Assembly: GCA_963693095.2 (NCBI GenBank)
Contig: OY843768.1
Coordinates: forward strand, 1,760,001-1,824,000
Length of the DNA: 64,000 bases
From: Cenarchaeum sp.
GTDB taxonomy: Archaea > Thermoproteota > Nitrososphaeria > Nitrososphaerales > Nitrosopumilaceae
Reading direction: 5' to 3'
Position 1 is the first letter of the stretch; each line of letters opens with the position of its first letter. The translations under genes were made by a program, and so were the position numbers. Under the pieces are notes generated by a model. The model was not told where the DNA came from, did not search any database, and saw nothing but the letters and a program-made list of their open reading frames with translations. This document shows positions 38,777-48,441 of the stretch, piece after piece.

Positions 38777-39202
38777 CTACCTGCGGGCGCGCCTGGCCGC
38801 CGGCCTTGCGCGCGTGCTGGCCTTGCGCACACGCCTTCCGGGGGGACGGCCCACCATTCCGCCGCCGGGAGCCACTGTGCTCTGGCCGCGCCTTGTGACG
38901 CAGTTGGGGCAGTATATGCGAACGCGCCCGCGCTTGTTGCGCTGGAACGGCGCACCGCAGCGCGCACACTTGCGCTTTCGCTCCGAGATCGTCTCCCTGC
39001 CCTGCGTGCCCGAGTAGCGCTCGCGCGCAAGCCGCGCCCTGCGCTCCTTTACCTCTGGGCGCGCGCCGTACTCGGCCATGAGCCTCTTGTGCTTTGCGGC
39101 GTTGCCCGGCATCGCATAGTACTTTCTCATGTACGCGTTGTACTTGGACCTGTCGGCCTCCCTCACGCGCGTCGTTATGCGACCCATCGGCGAGGCGGCC
39201 AA
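38777..39202 (-). CDS. Basic hypothetical protein with CxxC..CxxC zinc finger
   Basis: KCARCG..F..YCPNC; TTATATA ~upstream at 39210-39216. Confidence 0.5.
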   Translation of the reverse strand: MAASPMGRITTRVREADRSKYNAYMRKYYAMPGNAAKHKRLMAEYGARPEVKERRARLARERYSGTQGRETISERKRKCARCGAPFQRNKRGRVRIYCPNCVTRRGQSTVAPGGGMVGRPPGRRVRKASTRARPAARRARR

Positions 39203-39284
39203 ATGCGTGGTATATAATCATATTACGCGCGCTGCGCACACGGATCCCCCAATGGCAGCCGTCGCCCCCCTTGCAGGGCCTGCG

Positions 39285-39992
39285 CTAGCGCATCTCGCGC
39301 GCCATCCGGCGACACTCGGCGGCCTCCTCGGAGCGGCCTAGGAGCTCGAGGACTGCCCCCTTTGAGCCATACGCGCCGGCATCCGTGGGATCAAGCTCGA
39401 TCGAGCGCTCGATCGAGGCTAGCGACTCGGTGTGCCTGCCGAGTGCGCCGAGGGCGATTCCCCTGGCGTGGTGTGCGGCACCAAGTGAGGCGTTCTCGGC
39501 TATTGCGTCATCGGCGCACTTGAGGGCCTCAGAATGGCGACCCATCGCGCCGAGTATGTTGGCACTCGCACAGTGCGAGCGCCCGTCACCCGGCTCGCAA
39601 CCGGCTGCCCTCTTTAGCGCGTCGAGTGCCTCGTCGTACCTTCCGAGTGCGGCAAGCGCGACGCCGATGCCGTGGTGTGCCCTGCCCATGCTAGGATCGC
39701 ATCCGACTGCGCGCCCAAAGCTCTCGGCTGCCTCGGCATGGCGCCCGAGGCCGCCGAGGGCGACGCCGATGTTATAGTGAATGCTCGGGTTTTGGGGATC
39801 GACTCCGTCAGCCTCCCTGCCGCACTCTATGACGCCCTTGTGGTCTGCGCGCCTAATGAGTGCGACTAGGGCCTTTTGGTACTCGGATGCGGCCTCTTCG
39901 GCCTGCCCGCCATCGCGCAGGCTGCTCGCGCGGCGCCAGTGCTCCTCGGCCTCTGCATCCCCCGTGCGCCTGCGCAGTCCAAACACGTCCAC
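39285..39992 (-). CDS. Tetratricopeptide-repeat protein
   Basis: Repeated 34-aa units (G..L..LGR..EA); likely GTG start 39992. Confidence 0.85.
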   Translation of the reverse strand: MDVFGLRRRTGDAEAEEHWRRASSLRDGGQAEEAASEYQKALVALIRRADHKGVIECGREADGVDPQNPSIHYNIGVALGGLGRHAEAAESFGRAVGCDPSMGRAHHGIGVALAALGRYDEALDALKRAAGCEPGDGRSHCASANILGAMGRHSEALKCADDAIAENASLGAAHHARGIALGALGRHTESLASIERSIELDPTDAGAYGSKGAVLELLGRSEEAAECRRMAREMR

Positions 39993-40085
39993 GGCGGTCC
40001 CGCGCCGCCGATATATCCGTTTAATGGGCCGCGCGCCCCTGGTGCGCCTATAGGCATAAAAGCGCGCGCGGCGCGCGCGGCGCGC

Positions 40086-40982
40086 ATGAAGATTGTGTTT
40101 CTTGGCACGTCGGCTGCCGTGCCGACTGCCGAGCGGGGCCTGGCATGCACGTGCGTCGAGCGCGACGGCGAGCTCTTTGTGTTCGATGCCGGCGAGGGCG
40201 CGCAGATGGCCTTTGCGCGCGCGCGCCTGGGCTGGAACCGGCCAACGCGGATATTCGTGACGCACATGCACGGGGACCACTGCATAGGGGTTCTTGGCCT
40301 GATCCAGACGATGTCGCTCCACCGCCGAACCGAGGCCCTCGAGGTGTACGGCCCGCGCGGGATCGACGAGTTTGTCGCCTCTAGCCTGCGCGCCCTTGAC
40401 GTTCTGCCGACGTTTCCGCTGGCGATCACGCCCGTCTCGGCCGGCCCTGTCCTTGACACCGGAGAGTGTGCCGTCTCGGCGTGCGCGGCCCACCACAGGG
40501 TCGAGGCATACTCTTACCTCCTCGCCGAGCATGACAGGCAGGGTAGGTTCCACCCCGAGAGGGCCGAGGCACTCGGCGTCCCAAAGGGGCCCCTCTGGCA
40601 CGACCTCCAGTCCGGCCGCGACGTGAACGTGAATGGCAAAAAGGTCAGCGCGCGCGAGGTCACCGACGGCCCGCGCCGTGGCGTGAGCGTCGGCATCTCT
40701 GGTGACACGAGGCCGACGCGCGAGCTGGAAGAGTTCTTTGCGGACTGTGACTGGCTCGTGTTCGAGTCGACGTTCTCGCATGACCTGCGCCAAAAGGCCC
40801 TCGAGACGCTCCACACGACGGCCCGCGAGGCCGGCGAGCTCGCCGCGCGCATACACGCCAAAAACCTCGTCCTAACGCACTTTTCTGCGCGCCATGCCGA
40901 CGTCACCGGACTCGTCGCAGAGGCCGGCGAGGCCCATGATTCGGTTCGCGCTGCTGCTGACGGCATGGAGATAGCAGTCTAG
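40086..40982 (+). CDS. rnz: Ribonuclease Z
   Basis: FLGTSAAVP, DAGEG, THMHGDH, SGDT, ESTF, HTT, LTHFSAR. Confidence 0.95.
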   Translation: MKIVFLGTSAAVPTAERGLACTCVERDGELFVFDAGEGAQMAFARARLGWNRPTRIFVTHMHGDHCIGVLGLIQTMSLHRRTEALEVYGPRGIDEFVASSLRALDVLPTFPLAITPVSAGPVLDTGECAVSACAAHHRVEAYSYLLAEHDRQGRFHPERAEALGVPKGPLWHDLQSGRDVNVNGKKVSAREVTDGPRRGVSVGISGDTRPTRELEEFFADCDWLVFESTFSHDLRQKALETLHTTAREAGELAARIHAKNLVLTHFSARHADVTGLVAEAGEAHDSVRAAADGMEIAV

Positions 40983-41209
40983 CCGGGCAGCGTGCTCATT
41001 ATGGTGCTGCCGACTGAGGAGAGCGCGCCGGTGAGCGCACCGCTGATCGATTCGGTGACCCACGAGATCGCGCCGTCGCGCACGCCGGCGATATCCTTTG
41101 ACAGCGCGCCGATGACGCCATCGAGGCTAGGAAATGCGGCGACTGTCTGCGGGAGGAACATGACTGCGCCGACTATGGCGATGACTATGACGATGAGCGC
41201 CCTGATCAC
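40979..41209 (-). CDS. Small membrane/exported hypothetical protein
   Basis: Hydrophobic N-terminus; fills the gap convergent with rnz. Confidence 0.5.
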   Translation of the reverse strand: MIRALIVIVIAIVGAVMFLPQTVAAFPSLDGVIGALSKDIAGVRDGAISWVTESISGALTGALSSVGSTIMSTLPG

Positions 41210-41329
41210 GCCATCTAGTCGCGGATCGCCTTTTTACGCGCTAGCTGAAACTTTTGGCATGCCTCGCGTTAATTTTGTTGAGTTGCGTGCGCCTGTGATG
41301 CTCTTGGCGAGCTCGAAATAGGCCGCATT

Positions 41330-41445
41330 GGGGCCGGATTCAGAGTGTGCGCCCACGGGAACCGCCTTGCCGGACACAGGGGAGCGCAACGGTGACTATG
41401 ATGCCCTAGCGCAGCGCAGTCCTGAAAACGGTGGCCATGATCCCC
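41330..41445. ncRNA. Candidate structured RNA (possibly SscA-like)
   Basis: GGGG/CCCC closure, TGCGC/GCGCA, CGG-GAA-CCG and GACT/AGTC stems in an intergenic gap; family resemblance is from memory only. Confidence 0.35.
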
Positions 41446-41447
41446 GC

Positions 41448-41849
41448 TCACTGCCTCCTCGGCACAAGCCAGTCGACTATGGCTTCGATCTCTGGCGAGG
41501 TGATCCGCAGCGTTATTGGGCCGAGGGGCGACTCTTCGGCGTCTGAGCACAGCGCTATCGAGCCGGCAGCGGCGGCCTGCTTGTTGAGGTATACCCACGT
41601 CGTCTCCCCGTCGGTGTTGAGGCGCATCCTGCGCCGCCATGCCGAACCACTCCCCCTCGACCTGACCGTCTCGCGTATGCGCACCAGCGATGCAGCCGAG
41701 TCTGCAGCTGACTCGGCCGTCCCGTCACCAACGCTAGTCTTGCCGCCGTCAAGAACCGTCTCCAGGGCGCGCCTTATGGCGCCCTCGTCCTCGGACGCAA
41801 AGACGTCGCATGACGCACTCACCGAGCATGCCGCTGCCGGAAGCGTCAT
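41448..41849 (-). CDS. COG1931/DUF54 putative RNA-binding protein
   Basis: SED..I..AL, LNKQAA..G, ESPLGPI. Confidence 0.85.
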   Translation of the reverse strand: MTLPAAACSVSASCDVFASEDEGAIRRALETVLDGGKTSVGDGTAESAADSAASLVRIRETVRSRGSGSAWRRRMRLNTDGETTWVYLNKQAAAAGSIALCSDAEESPLGPITLRITSPEIEAIVDWLVPRRQ

Positions 41850-42397
41850 TCTGCCATCCAGCGAGATATTGCAGCATGGGCGGCATCGACGAGCTCGTCG
41901 ATGCCAATGTCATTGTTTGATATCGTCTCGTCTGCGAGTGCTATCGAGTCGCTCATGCCGACTTTCATCTCGCGGCCGTCGCGCTCATCAAGGCCACCGC
42001 GGTCACTCGGGTCATCCGAGCGAGCGCGCGCCTTGAGGAGGCCGAGGCGCCGCGGCGCCGCGGCGTGAACGGCGAGTATCCTGACGCGCCCATGCTTTCG
42101 AAGACAGTCGATCTCGGCGTTGGAGCGCACGCCATCGACGATGACCGCACCGTCGCCAGAGCGCTCGATCTCGCCCTCGATGAGGCCGGCTATTGCGCCC
42201 TGCCCGCCGGACTCTCGCAGCTCGAGCATGAGCTTTCCGAGGTTCGGGCCAGTCGGCTCTATCTTGCGCCGCGCGGCCTCTGCCCTCACGGCATCTCCCA
42301 TCGAGACAGTCACAATGCCGCGCCGCGCAAGCGCACCGGCGATCGTTGACTTGCCCGCGCCGGGCATTCCAGTCAGGCAGACTATCAGGCGCGCCAT
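41846..42397 (-). CDS. COG0237 P-loop kinase (dephospho-CoA-kinase-like)
   Basis: TGMPGAGKST, MGDAVR, DGVRS..E, RD.RE..G. Confidence 0.85.
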   Translation of the reverse strand: MARLIVCLTGMPGAGKSTIAGALARRGIVTVSMGDAVRAEAARRKIEPTGPNLGKLMLELRESGGQGAIAGLIEGEIERSGDGAVIVDGVRSNAEIDCLRKHGRVRILAVHAAAPRRLGLLKARARSDDPSDRGGLDERDGREMKVGMSDSIALADETISNNDIGIDELVDAAHAAISRWMAE

Positions 42398-42503
42398 CTG
42401 AACTCGCGCGCGCCCCGGCCGCTATATTGAAGCTTGCCGGATCGCGCCCACGTGACGGCCCCACTCACAACACATTAACCCCAATGCCGCCGCGCACGCG
42501 CCC

Positions 42504-43031
42504 ATGCGCGCCTTTGTCGGCATTGACATCACAGACGGGCCGACCCTGGCCGCCCTCGCGCGCACGCGCTCGCTTCTCGGAGAGCCTGCGCGCCGGCGCC
42601 ATGACCACATCACGCTTGCGTTCCTCGGCGAGATCGACGAGCCGACTGCGGCTGCGGCAGCCGACGCGCTAGAGGCCGTTGAGTTTGGCGCCTTTGATGC
42701 GCATATCGCCGGCCTTGGCGCATTCCCGTCACTAGGGCGCCCGCGCGTCCTCTGGGTCGGCGTGCGGGAGGGCTCTGATCAAGTCTCCTCGCTTGCGCGC
42801 AGCGTCGTCTCTGCGCTCGGCCCGCTCTGCCCGCCGACGCGCACGCGCCTTGTCCCGCACATCACCGTCTCTAGGGTTAAAAGCGGGCACGCGCCGCCGC
42901 GTGCCGTGATCAGCGAGTGCCGTGATGCGGTCATTGGCGTGCAGCGAGTCGACTCGATATCGCTAAAGCGCAGCGACCTCGCAAGCGATGGCCATGTGCA
43001 CACAACCCTCAAGACCGTGGAGGCCCTCTGA
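42504..43031 (+). CDS. thpR: RNA 2',3'-cyclic phosphodiesterase (2H family)
   Basis: Two HxT motifs (HITLAFLG, PHITVSR), FP..PRVLWVG. Confidence 0.9.
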   Translation: MRAFVGIDITDGPTLAALARTRSLLGEPARRRHDHITLAFLGEIDEPTAAAAADALEAVEFGAFDAHIAGLGAFPSLGRPRVLWVGVREGSDQVSSLARSVVSALGPLCPPTRTRLVPHITVSRVKSGHAPPRAVISECRDAVIGVQRVDSISLKRSDLASDGHVHTTLKTVEAL

Positions 43032-44413
43032 TGGGGCGCACGGCGGCAAGGAAACCGCGCGCACGCGCTGCCACGATGGCGCGCGCAATGGCTACGGCGA
43101 AGAGGCGCATCATCCCGTCAGCGTCTGAGGCGCGCGCAATAGAGTCAGTCGCGGCAGAGGCCATGGAACTCGTCGGCTGCGAGATAGATGGCCGACAGGG
43201 AATACAGGGGGCCGAGCTAGGCGGCTCTTTTGCAAAGGGGACGTGGCTTGCCGGAGCTGACGTTGACATCTTTGTCGTCTTTGACGAGTCAGTCAGCGAC
43301 TCTCGCCTCGCGTCTGAGTCAAGAAGGGTGGGATTTGCGTCGATGGCAGACCACAGGCCGTACGTGCGATATGCGTCGCACCCCTATGTCGAGGCCACTA
43401 TTCGGCGCACAAAGGTCAACGTTGTGCCATGCTATGGCGTAAAGAGCGGCAACTGGCGCAGCGCCGCTGACCGATCGCGCTTTCACACAAGGTTCATGCG
43501 CGACGCCCTTGATGGCACGATGCGCGATGACGTGCGGATCCTAAAGCGCCTCCTCCAGTCAAACGGCCTCTATGGGGCAGAGCTTGCGCGCGAGGCATTT
43601 AGCGGGTACGCGTGCGAGGTCCTCGTAAGCCACCACGGCTCACTCGAGCGCGCCGTGCGCGCACTCGCCCAGGCGAGTCGCGGGCTAGTCATCGGTGAGG
43701 CCGCCGGCAAGCAAGAGACGCCGGTGGCCATAATGGACCCCGTAGACTCGAGCAGAAACCTCGCGCTCGCCGTCTCGCCGGCCAACATTGGGAGGCTCAT
43801 CATGCTCTGCCGCGCCCTGCTTGCGCGCCCGAGCGCCTCGATGATACTGTCTGGCGCGCGCGCCGCGCCGGACAGCGGCGTGCTAAAGACGACGGTAACT
43901 GTCAGGTTTGGCTCGCGCCCGCGCCCGCCTGAGACCATATGGGGGCAGGCAAAGAGTGCTGCCTCTGCGCTGGCCTCGCGCCTCTCTTCGGGCGGCTTTG
44001 GCGTCATGCGCCACGGCGCGCACGTCGATGCGCGTGGGCGCGTCACGCTGGCGTTCGTCCTAGAGTCCACGTCGACATCGCGCTGGTCAGTCGGCATGGG
44101 CCCTGACCACTTTGATGCGGCCAACGCGTCAGGCTTTGTGACTGCCAACGCCGGCCGCTCTCCGCTAGTCTGGGTGGGCGCTGACTCGCGCCTGCGCGCG
44201 ATCCGCCAGAGGGAGCACACGACGGCCGCAGCCCTCCTTGAGGACTCACTCACGCGCCGCCTTGGCGACTCTGGCGTGCCGGCCGGCCTAAAGCGCGACA
44301 TACGTGCCGGATTTGCCGTCCGGACCGGCGTGCGCGCCTCTGATCGCACATTCCTTGAAACCATGCATGATCTTGTCTCAACGGACACCAGGTCCTTTGG
44401 CCGCAGCCGCTAG
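43031..44413 (+). CDS. cca: Archaeal CCA-adding enzyme
   Basis: GSFAKGTWL..DVDIF, YASHPY, SAADRS..HT, FSGYACE, DPVD..RN. Confidence 0.92.
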   Translation: MGRTAARKPRARAATMARAMATAKRRIIPSASEARAIESVAAEAMELVGCEIDGRQGIQGAELGGSFAKGTWLAGADVDIFVVFDESVSDSRLASESRRVGFASMADHRPYVRYASHPYVEATIRRTKVNVVPCYGVKSGNWRSAADRSRFHTRFMRDALDGTMRDDVRILKRLLQSNGLYGAELAREAFSGYACEVLVSHHGSLERAVRALAQASRGLVIGEAAGKQETPVAIMDPVDSSRNLALAVSPANIGRLIMLCRALLARPSASMILSGARAAPDSGVLKTTVTVRFGSRPRPPETIWGQAKSAASALASRLSSGGFGVMRHGAHVDARGRVTLAFVLESTSTSRWSVGMGPDHFDAANASGFVTANAGRSPLVWVGADSRLRAIRQREHTTAAALLEDSLTRRLGDSGVPAGLKRDIRAGFAVRTGVRASDRTFLETMHDLVSTDTRSFGRSR

Positions 44414-44414
44414 A

Positions 44415-45146
44415 ATGTCCGGCCCGCCGTATGACGGCGTGCTCGGGTACCCGCGCGCGACGCGCAGGCAGCTCGCGTCCCGCCTCAGCGCGCTGGACCG
44501 TCTCGGCGTGAGCCGCGTGATCCTCGAGGGGCCTGTTCTCCTGGGGCGCGCGCGCGTACTCGGCAAGGGATACTCGGGCGTCGTGCTCGCCGCGCGCTGG
44601 CGCCGGCGCGACGTTGCGCTAAAGATGCGCCGAACCGACTCGCCGCGCCGCACGATGGGCTCTGAGGCCCGGCTCCTTGCGGCGGCCAACGCCGTCGGCG
44701 TGGGCCCGCGCCTCCTGGCGCACTCGCGCGACGCGCTAGTCATGGAGCGCGTGGAGGGAATGCCCATAGGCTCCTGGCTCGAGTCGCTTCGGGGTCGGCG
44801 CGCCGCGCGAGTGCGCGCCGTCATACGCCGCACGCTAGAGTCGTGCCGCGCGCTGGACCGTGCGGGGATAGACCACGGCGAGCTCTCGATGATCTCGTGC
44901 CACGCCATAGTCGGTGAGGACGATTCCGTCACGATAATAGACTTTGAGAGCGCATCGGCCTCGCGCCGCGTCTCAAACGTGACCTCGGCCGCGCAGGCCC
45001 TCCTTGTGGGCGCTGCGCTCTCGCGGCGCGTGAGGAAGATGTGCGCGCTTGCGGACCGCGACACCATAGTCGGCCTCTTGCGCGCATACAAGGCGTCAAT
45101 GTCTGACGAGTCATTTGGCGCTCTCCTGGAGGGACTGCGCACTTGA
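44415..45146 (+). CDS. Ser/Thr kinase (COG2112, RIO/Bud32-like)
   Basis: LGKG..GVV, ALK.RR.DS, IDHGELS, IIDFESAS. Confidence 0.85.
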   Translation: MSGPPYDGVLGYPRATRRQLASRLSALDRLGVSRVILEGPVLLGRARVLGKGYSGVVLAARWRRRDVALKMRRTDSPRRTMGSEARLLAAANAVGVGPRLLAHSRDALVMERVEGMPIGSWLESLRGRRAARVRAVIRRTLESCRALDRAGIDHGELSMISCHAIVGEDDSVTIIDFESASASRRVSNVTSAAQALLVGAALSRRVRKMCALADRDTIVGLLRAYKASMSDESFGALLEGLRT

Positions 45147-45751
45147 GCGAGGAGGCCGTGCGCCACCTGCGGCGCGATGCGCGCCTGGGTCCGGTCGTTG
45201 CGCGGGTGGGCCCCTATGGCCTGCGCCGTGTGCGCAACCGCTACGAGTGCCTCGTCGGCGCGATCGTAAACCAGCAGCTCGCCGGTTCAGCGGCACGGCC
45301 AATATTGGCGCGCTTTCGCGCACTGCATGGCCCGAGGTTTCCAAAGCCAAAAGACATTGCAAAGACGCGCGAGTCGACGCTCCTCAAGGTGGGCCTCTCG
45401 AGGATGAAGGCCTCGTACATACGCGGCATCTCGAGTGAGATATCGACAGGCCGCCTGCGACTCGACGCGCTCTCGAGGATGGATGACGAGTCAGTCATCG
45501 AGCGGCTCTCGGAGATTCGCGGCATCGGGAGGTGGACCGCCGAGATGTACCTAATGTTTGCGCTCGGGCGCCCTGATGTCCTGCCAGTCGGCGACTATGG
45601 CCTCAGGGCCGGCGTGCGCGACCTGTTCGGGATGCGCGAGCTGCCAACGCCGGCCGAGCTGCAAAAACGCGCCGAGCCGTGGAGGCCGTACAGGTCGGCG
45701 GCCACATGGTACATCTGGAAGGGCGTGCGAGGCTTTGGCGAGCTCGGCTAG
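45143..45751 (+). CDS. DNA-3-methyladenine glycosylase II (AlkA, HhH-GPD)
   Basis: IVNQQL, GLSRMK, GIGRWTAEM, PVGD, WRPYRS. Confidence 0.92.
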   Translation: MSEEAVRHLRRDARLGPVVARVGPYGLRRVRNRYECLVGAIVNQQLAGSAARPILARFRALHGPRFPKPKDIAKTRESTLLKVGLSRMKASYIRGISSEISTGRLRLDALSRMDDESVIERLSEIRGIGRWTAEMYLMFALGRPDVLPVGDYGLRAGVRDLFGMRELPTPAELQKRAEPWRPYRSAATWYIWKGVRGFGELG

Positions 45752-45797
45752 ACTGGCCCATTATGACATTTATGTGAGATGAACCGGCCCCATCGGC

Positions 45798-46328
45798 GTG
45801 AACGCAAAGGTCCTAGTCGTCATCGCAGTCATCGGCCTCGTGGCCGCCATCGGCGCAATCGCGCTCCCCCCTGGGCAGCCTGACTCGCCCAGTGCGCCTG
45901 CTGCGCCGCAGGGCATCACGCTGACACTAGAGTCGATATCGGTCAGCTCGGCGAGCTTGCGCGCCCTCCACGTCGAGCTAGAGTTTGAGGCGACAAACCC
46001 CGATCCGGCCACGGTTCTCCTCCAGTATGTCAAGTATGTAGTCTCGGCTGACGGCCGGCGCATCCACACGGGCCTCATAGGCGAGCGCCCCGAGGGCTTT
46101 GTCGCCTCGTCGAACTTTGTCACGCTCATCGAGGGCCGCGCAGTCACCCTCGCATCCGAGTTTGCCATCCCGAACACGGGTGCGGATCCCGAGTTCTGGG
46201 AGACCCTCTCGGCTGACAGCGTCGAGTGGACCGTCAGCGCCGAGGCCTCTTACAGCCACAGCTCGATGGTCGCCGGCGGCGAGAACCTCGAGACGTTCGA
46301 GTTTGTGCGTGGGCCTAATGTATCATAG
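45798..46328 (+). CDS. Membrane-anchored LEA_2/WHy-like exported protein
   Basis: N-terminal TM, F-x-x-x-NP beta domain resembling 4103-4606. Confidence 0.6.
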   Translation: MNAKVLVVIAVIGLVAAIGAIALPPGQPDSPSAPAAPQGITLTLESISVSSASLRALHVELEFEATNPDPATVLLQYVKYVVSADGRRIHTGLIGERPEGFVASSNFVTLIEGRAVTLASEFAIPNTGADPEFWETLSADSVEWTVSAEASYSHSSMVAGGENLETFEFVRGPNVS

Positions 46329-46410
46329 AATGATCATTTTACAATACTTTATCTAAACTAGAATAAATTTAGAAAAATAATATAAGCGCACGACAGCTCT
46401 CTTGAACACA

Positions 46411-46521
46411 ATGGCAGAAGCAGGCATGGCCGCATTTGGATCGGCAGTCGGTGTTGCAATTGCGTTCGCCGTAGTGGCGTTCGCACTTCGCGGCAAGGGT
46501 CACCACGAGCCCCTAGAGTAA
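46411..46521 (+). CDS. 36-aa single-TM microprotein MAEAGMAAFGSAVGVAIAFAVVAFALRGKGHHEPLE
   Basis: Translated by hand; A-rich BRE/TAATATAA box ~26 nt upstream; below the ORF-track cutoff. Confidence 0.65.
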   Translation: MAEAGMAAFGSAVGVAIAFAVVAFALRGKGHHEPLE

Positions 46522-46644
46522 TACGGCACGGCGCCACTAGGTGCCGAGTCGACCAGGGCTTTTCTTTGATGCTCCTAGCGCGTCCTGCGCGCAGGGTGCG
46601 AAAAAACAAGCAAGCAAGAGGCTCAGGACTATCGTCTGCTGCCC

Positions 46645-47298
46645 CTAGGCGTCAGGGTTGTGACCCAGGATATCGGATATGAGCCTTATCGGCCGGCCGA
46701 TGCGCTGCTTTGCAAAGCAGCGCTCATAGTACTGGCACGAGGCGCACTCGGGGGACGGCTCTATTATGGGGAGGCGCTTTCCCTCGGCGAGTAGGTCGCC
46801 TAGGACGCGCACGCGCCGGATCGTCTCCTCGAACATTCGCTTGTCGCGCGTGAGCGAGAATGACGTCTCTGTGCGGTCTGCCGAGATGTAGACGATGACG
46901 CCGTCGGCCTTGTCGTGCATCCACATGTACGAGTTGAGCGCGAGGAGGTCGCCGGCGATCGGAATCTTTGGCGGGGGGTCTGCAGGCCTGAATATGATGA
47001 CTGTGTCCTCGACTATCATGTCTGCCCTGCCGACTAGGGAGACCCCGCCGACGTCATAGGTCACCTCTTCAGGCGCATAGCCGAGGCGGCGAAGCATTCC
47101 GGCGATGAGGTCGCTAAAGGCGCGTGGCGGCGAGTCGAGTGGTGAGTCCCTGTCATAGTATGACCTGCGCAGGCAGCGCGTGACCTCGTGGACGTGGATC
47201 TTTGAAATGTCAGTCGCGTCGATCGTCGGATCGATCTCGCGCGATATCGACTCGAGCGCACTCGTGATGAACTGGCGATAGTCCTTGTCCCCCATCAT
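46645..47298 (-). CDS. Solo Cas4-like PD-(D/E)xK nuclease
   Basis: CLRRSYY, GRAD, C-terminal CxxCxYxxxC Fe-S motif; no other cas genes or array. Confidence 0.8.
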   Translation of the reverse strand: MMGDKDYRQFITSALESISREIDPTIDATDISKIHVHEVTRCLRRSYYDRDSPLDSPPRAFSDLIAGMLRRLGYAPEEVTYDVGGVSLVGRADMIVEDTVIIFRPADPPPKIPIAGDLLALNSYMWMHDKADGVIVYISADRTETSFSLTRDKRMFEETIRRVRVLGDLLAEGKRLPIIEPSPECASCQYYERCFAKQRIGRPIRLISDILGHNPDA

Positions 47299-47332
47299 GG
47301 CGCTGCCGCGCGCGGGGCACTCCTAGATTAAC

Positions 47333-48379
47333 CTATGTCTGCGAGTCGGCCACGATGGCCCTGGCCATGACCGTCTCGGGCGCTATGCCCTGCTCGACGG
47401 CATATGCGATCGACGCGATATTCCTGACCTCGTACGCCACGAGCTTTGTTATGGCAATTATCGTCGCAAGGCTGAACATCTTTGTGAAGGCCCTGTTGCA
47501 TGAGGCGTACATTTCAAGCTCCATGGCCCGCTCAAAGCCGGCGACAGTGTCGAGGTCGGTGCCAGACTGTGGAACCATCGGGCCGTACCTGGTGGAGGCG
47601 ACCTCTGACAGCGCGTCGCGAACCGATGCGGCGCCTGCCATGCGCTCCAGGGCCGCACGCGGAACACTCGGCGTCGAGCCGGCAGTCAGGTCCAGAGTTG
47701 CTGCCTCGTCCAGGCCCCAGAGGCGGCCGCGCAGGACCGCCATGATATTGTAAAAGTCAACGTCGGCCCCGATCATGCGCGACACGTTGCGCTCGCGCGA
47801 CTCGCGGGCCGCGCGTGCGAGCTCGATGTGCATCGTCTTGTCGAGGTATGTGTCGATCGCCTGTATCTGACCGCGCTCGCCATACAGCGCGACTGCGCGC
47901 GCAACCTCGTCGCCGAGGCGCGTCCCGCGAAAGCTAGCTGCGGCCTCTTCTAGATCCTTTGCGACTAGCGCCTTTACTAGCGTGTCGCGCTCGCGCGCCA
48001 GCTCGGCAGCACGCATGTTTATGTGGCGCTCGATCTCGTCTTGTGTCTTGCCGAGTGCCTTGCCCTTTAGGACCATCTTTAGGTTCCAGATGACGAGGCG
48101 GCGATAGTATGCGTCAAGGACGCCCCTGTCGCCGGCCGCGCGCGCCATGGCGTGGTGCATCTCGGCGAGGTGCGCCCCGAGGGCCGCCTCGATCTGCGCT
48201 GCGCTGTGCGGGGCCTGCAGGTCGGCGACTGCCGGCCCATAGCGCGTGTTCTTTATCCTTGTGAGGAGCTCGTCCATGCCGCGTGACTCGGCGAGGGCCT
48301 GCAGGTCGGCGCGCGAGAGGAGCTTGCCCTTTTGGCCGTATGCCTTGACTGACGCGTAGAGGCGTGCTGCCTTGCCCAT
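47333..48379 (-). CDS. atpC: A/V-type ATP synthase subunit C
   Basis: KGKLL, NLK.VL.GK, D.YN...LR, EVRNI..IA. Confidence 0.85.
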   Translation of the reverse strand: MGKAARLYASVKAYGQKGKLLSRADLQALAESRGMDELLTRIKNTRYGPAVADLQAPHSAAQIEAALGAHLAEMHHAMARAAGDRGVLDAYYRRLVIWNLKMVLKGKALGKTQDEIERHINMRAAELARERDTLVKALVAKDLEEAAASFRGTRLGDEVARAVALYGERGQIQAIDTYLDKTMHIELARAARESRERNVSRMIGADVDFYNIMAVLRGRLWGLDEAATLDLTAGSTPSVPRAALERMAGAASVRDALSEVASTRYGPMVPQSGTDLDTVAGFERAMELEMYASCNRAFTKMFSLATIIAITKLVAYEVRNIASIAYAVEQGIAPETVMARAIVADSQT

Positions 48380-48441
48380 TATGGGCAAAGGGCCGTTATA
48401 TTGCGATTTTAATGTTGCCGCCGGGGGTCGAGGCATTGAGC

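Noticed and set aside
39993-40856. Long N-terminal extension of the TPR ORF (also 16926-17288 on the PPS ORF)
   Set aside because: Overlaps rnz or pantoate kinase; a GC-rich open-frame artefact.
41330-41445. 5S rRNA or SRP RNA
   Set aside because: Lacks 5S conserved loops and the SRP helix-8 GGAA motif; too short for archaeal SRP.
46645-47298. Cas4-like gene as evidence of a CRISPR-Cas locus
   Set aside because: Solo gene in housekeeping context; no cas1/cas2 or array.
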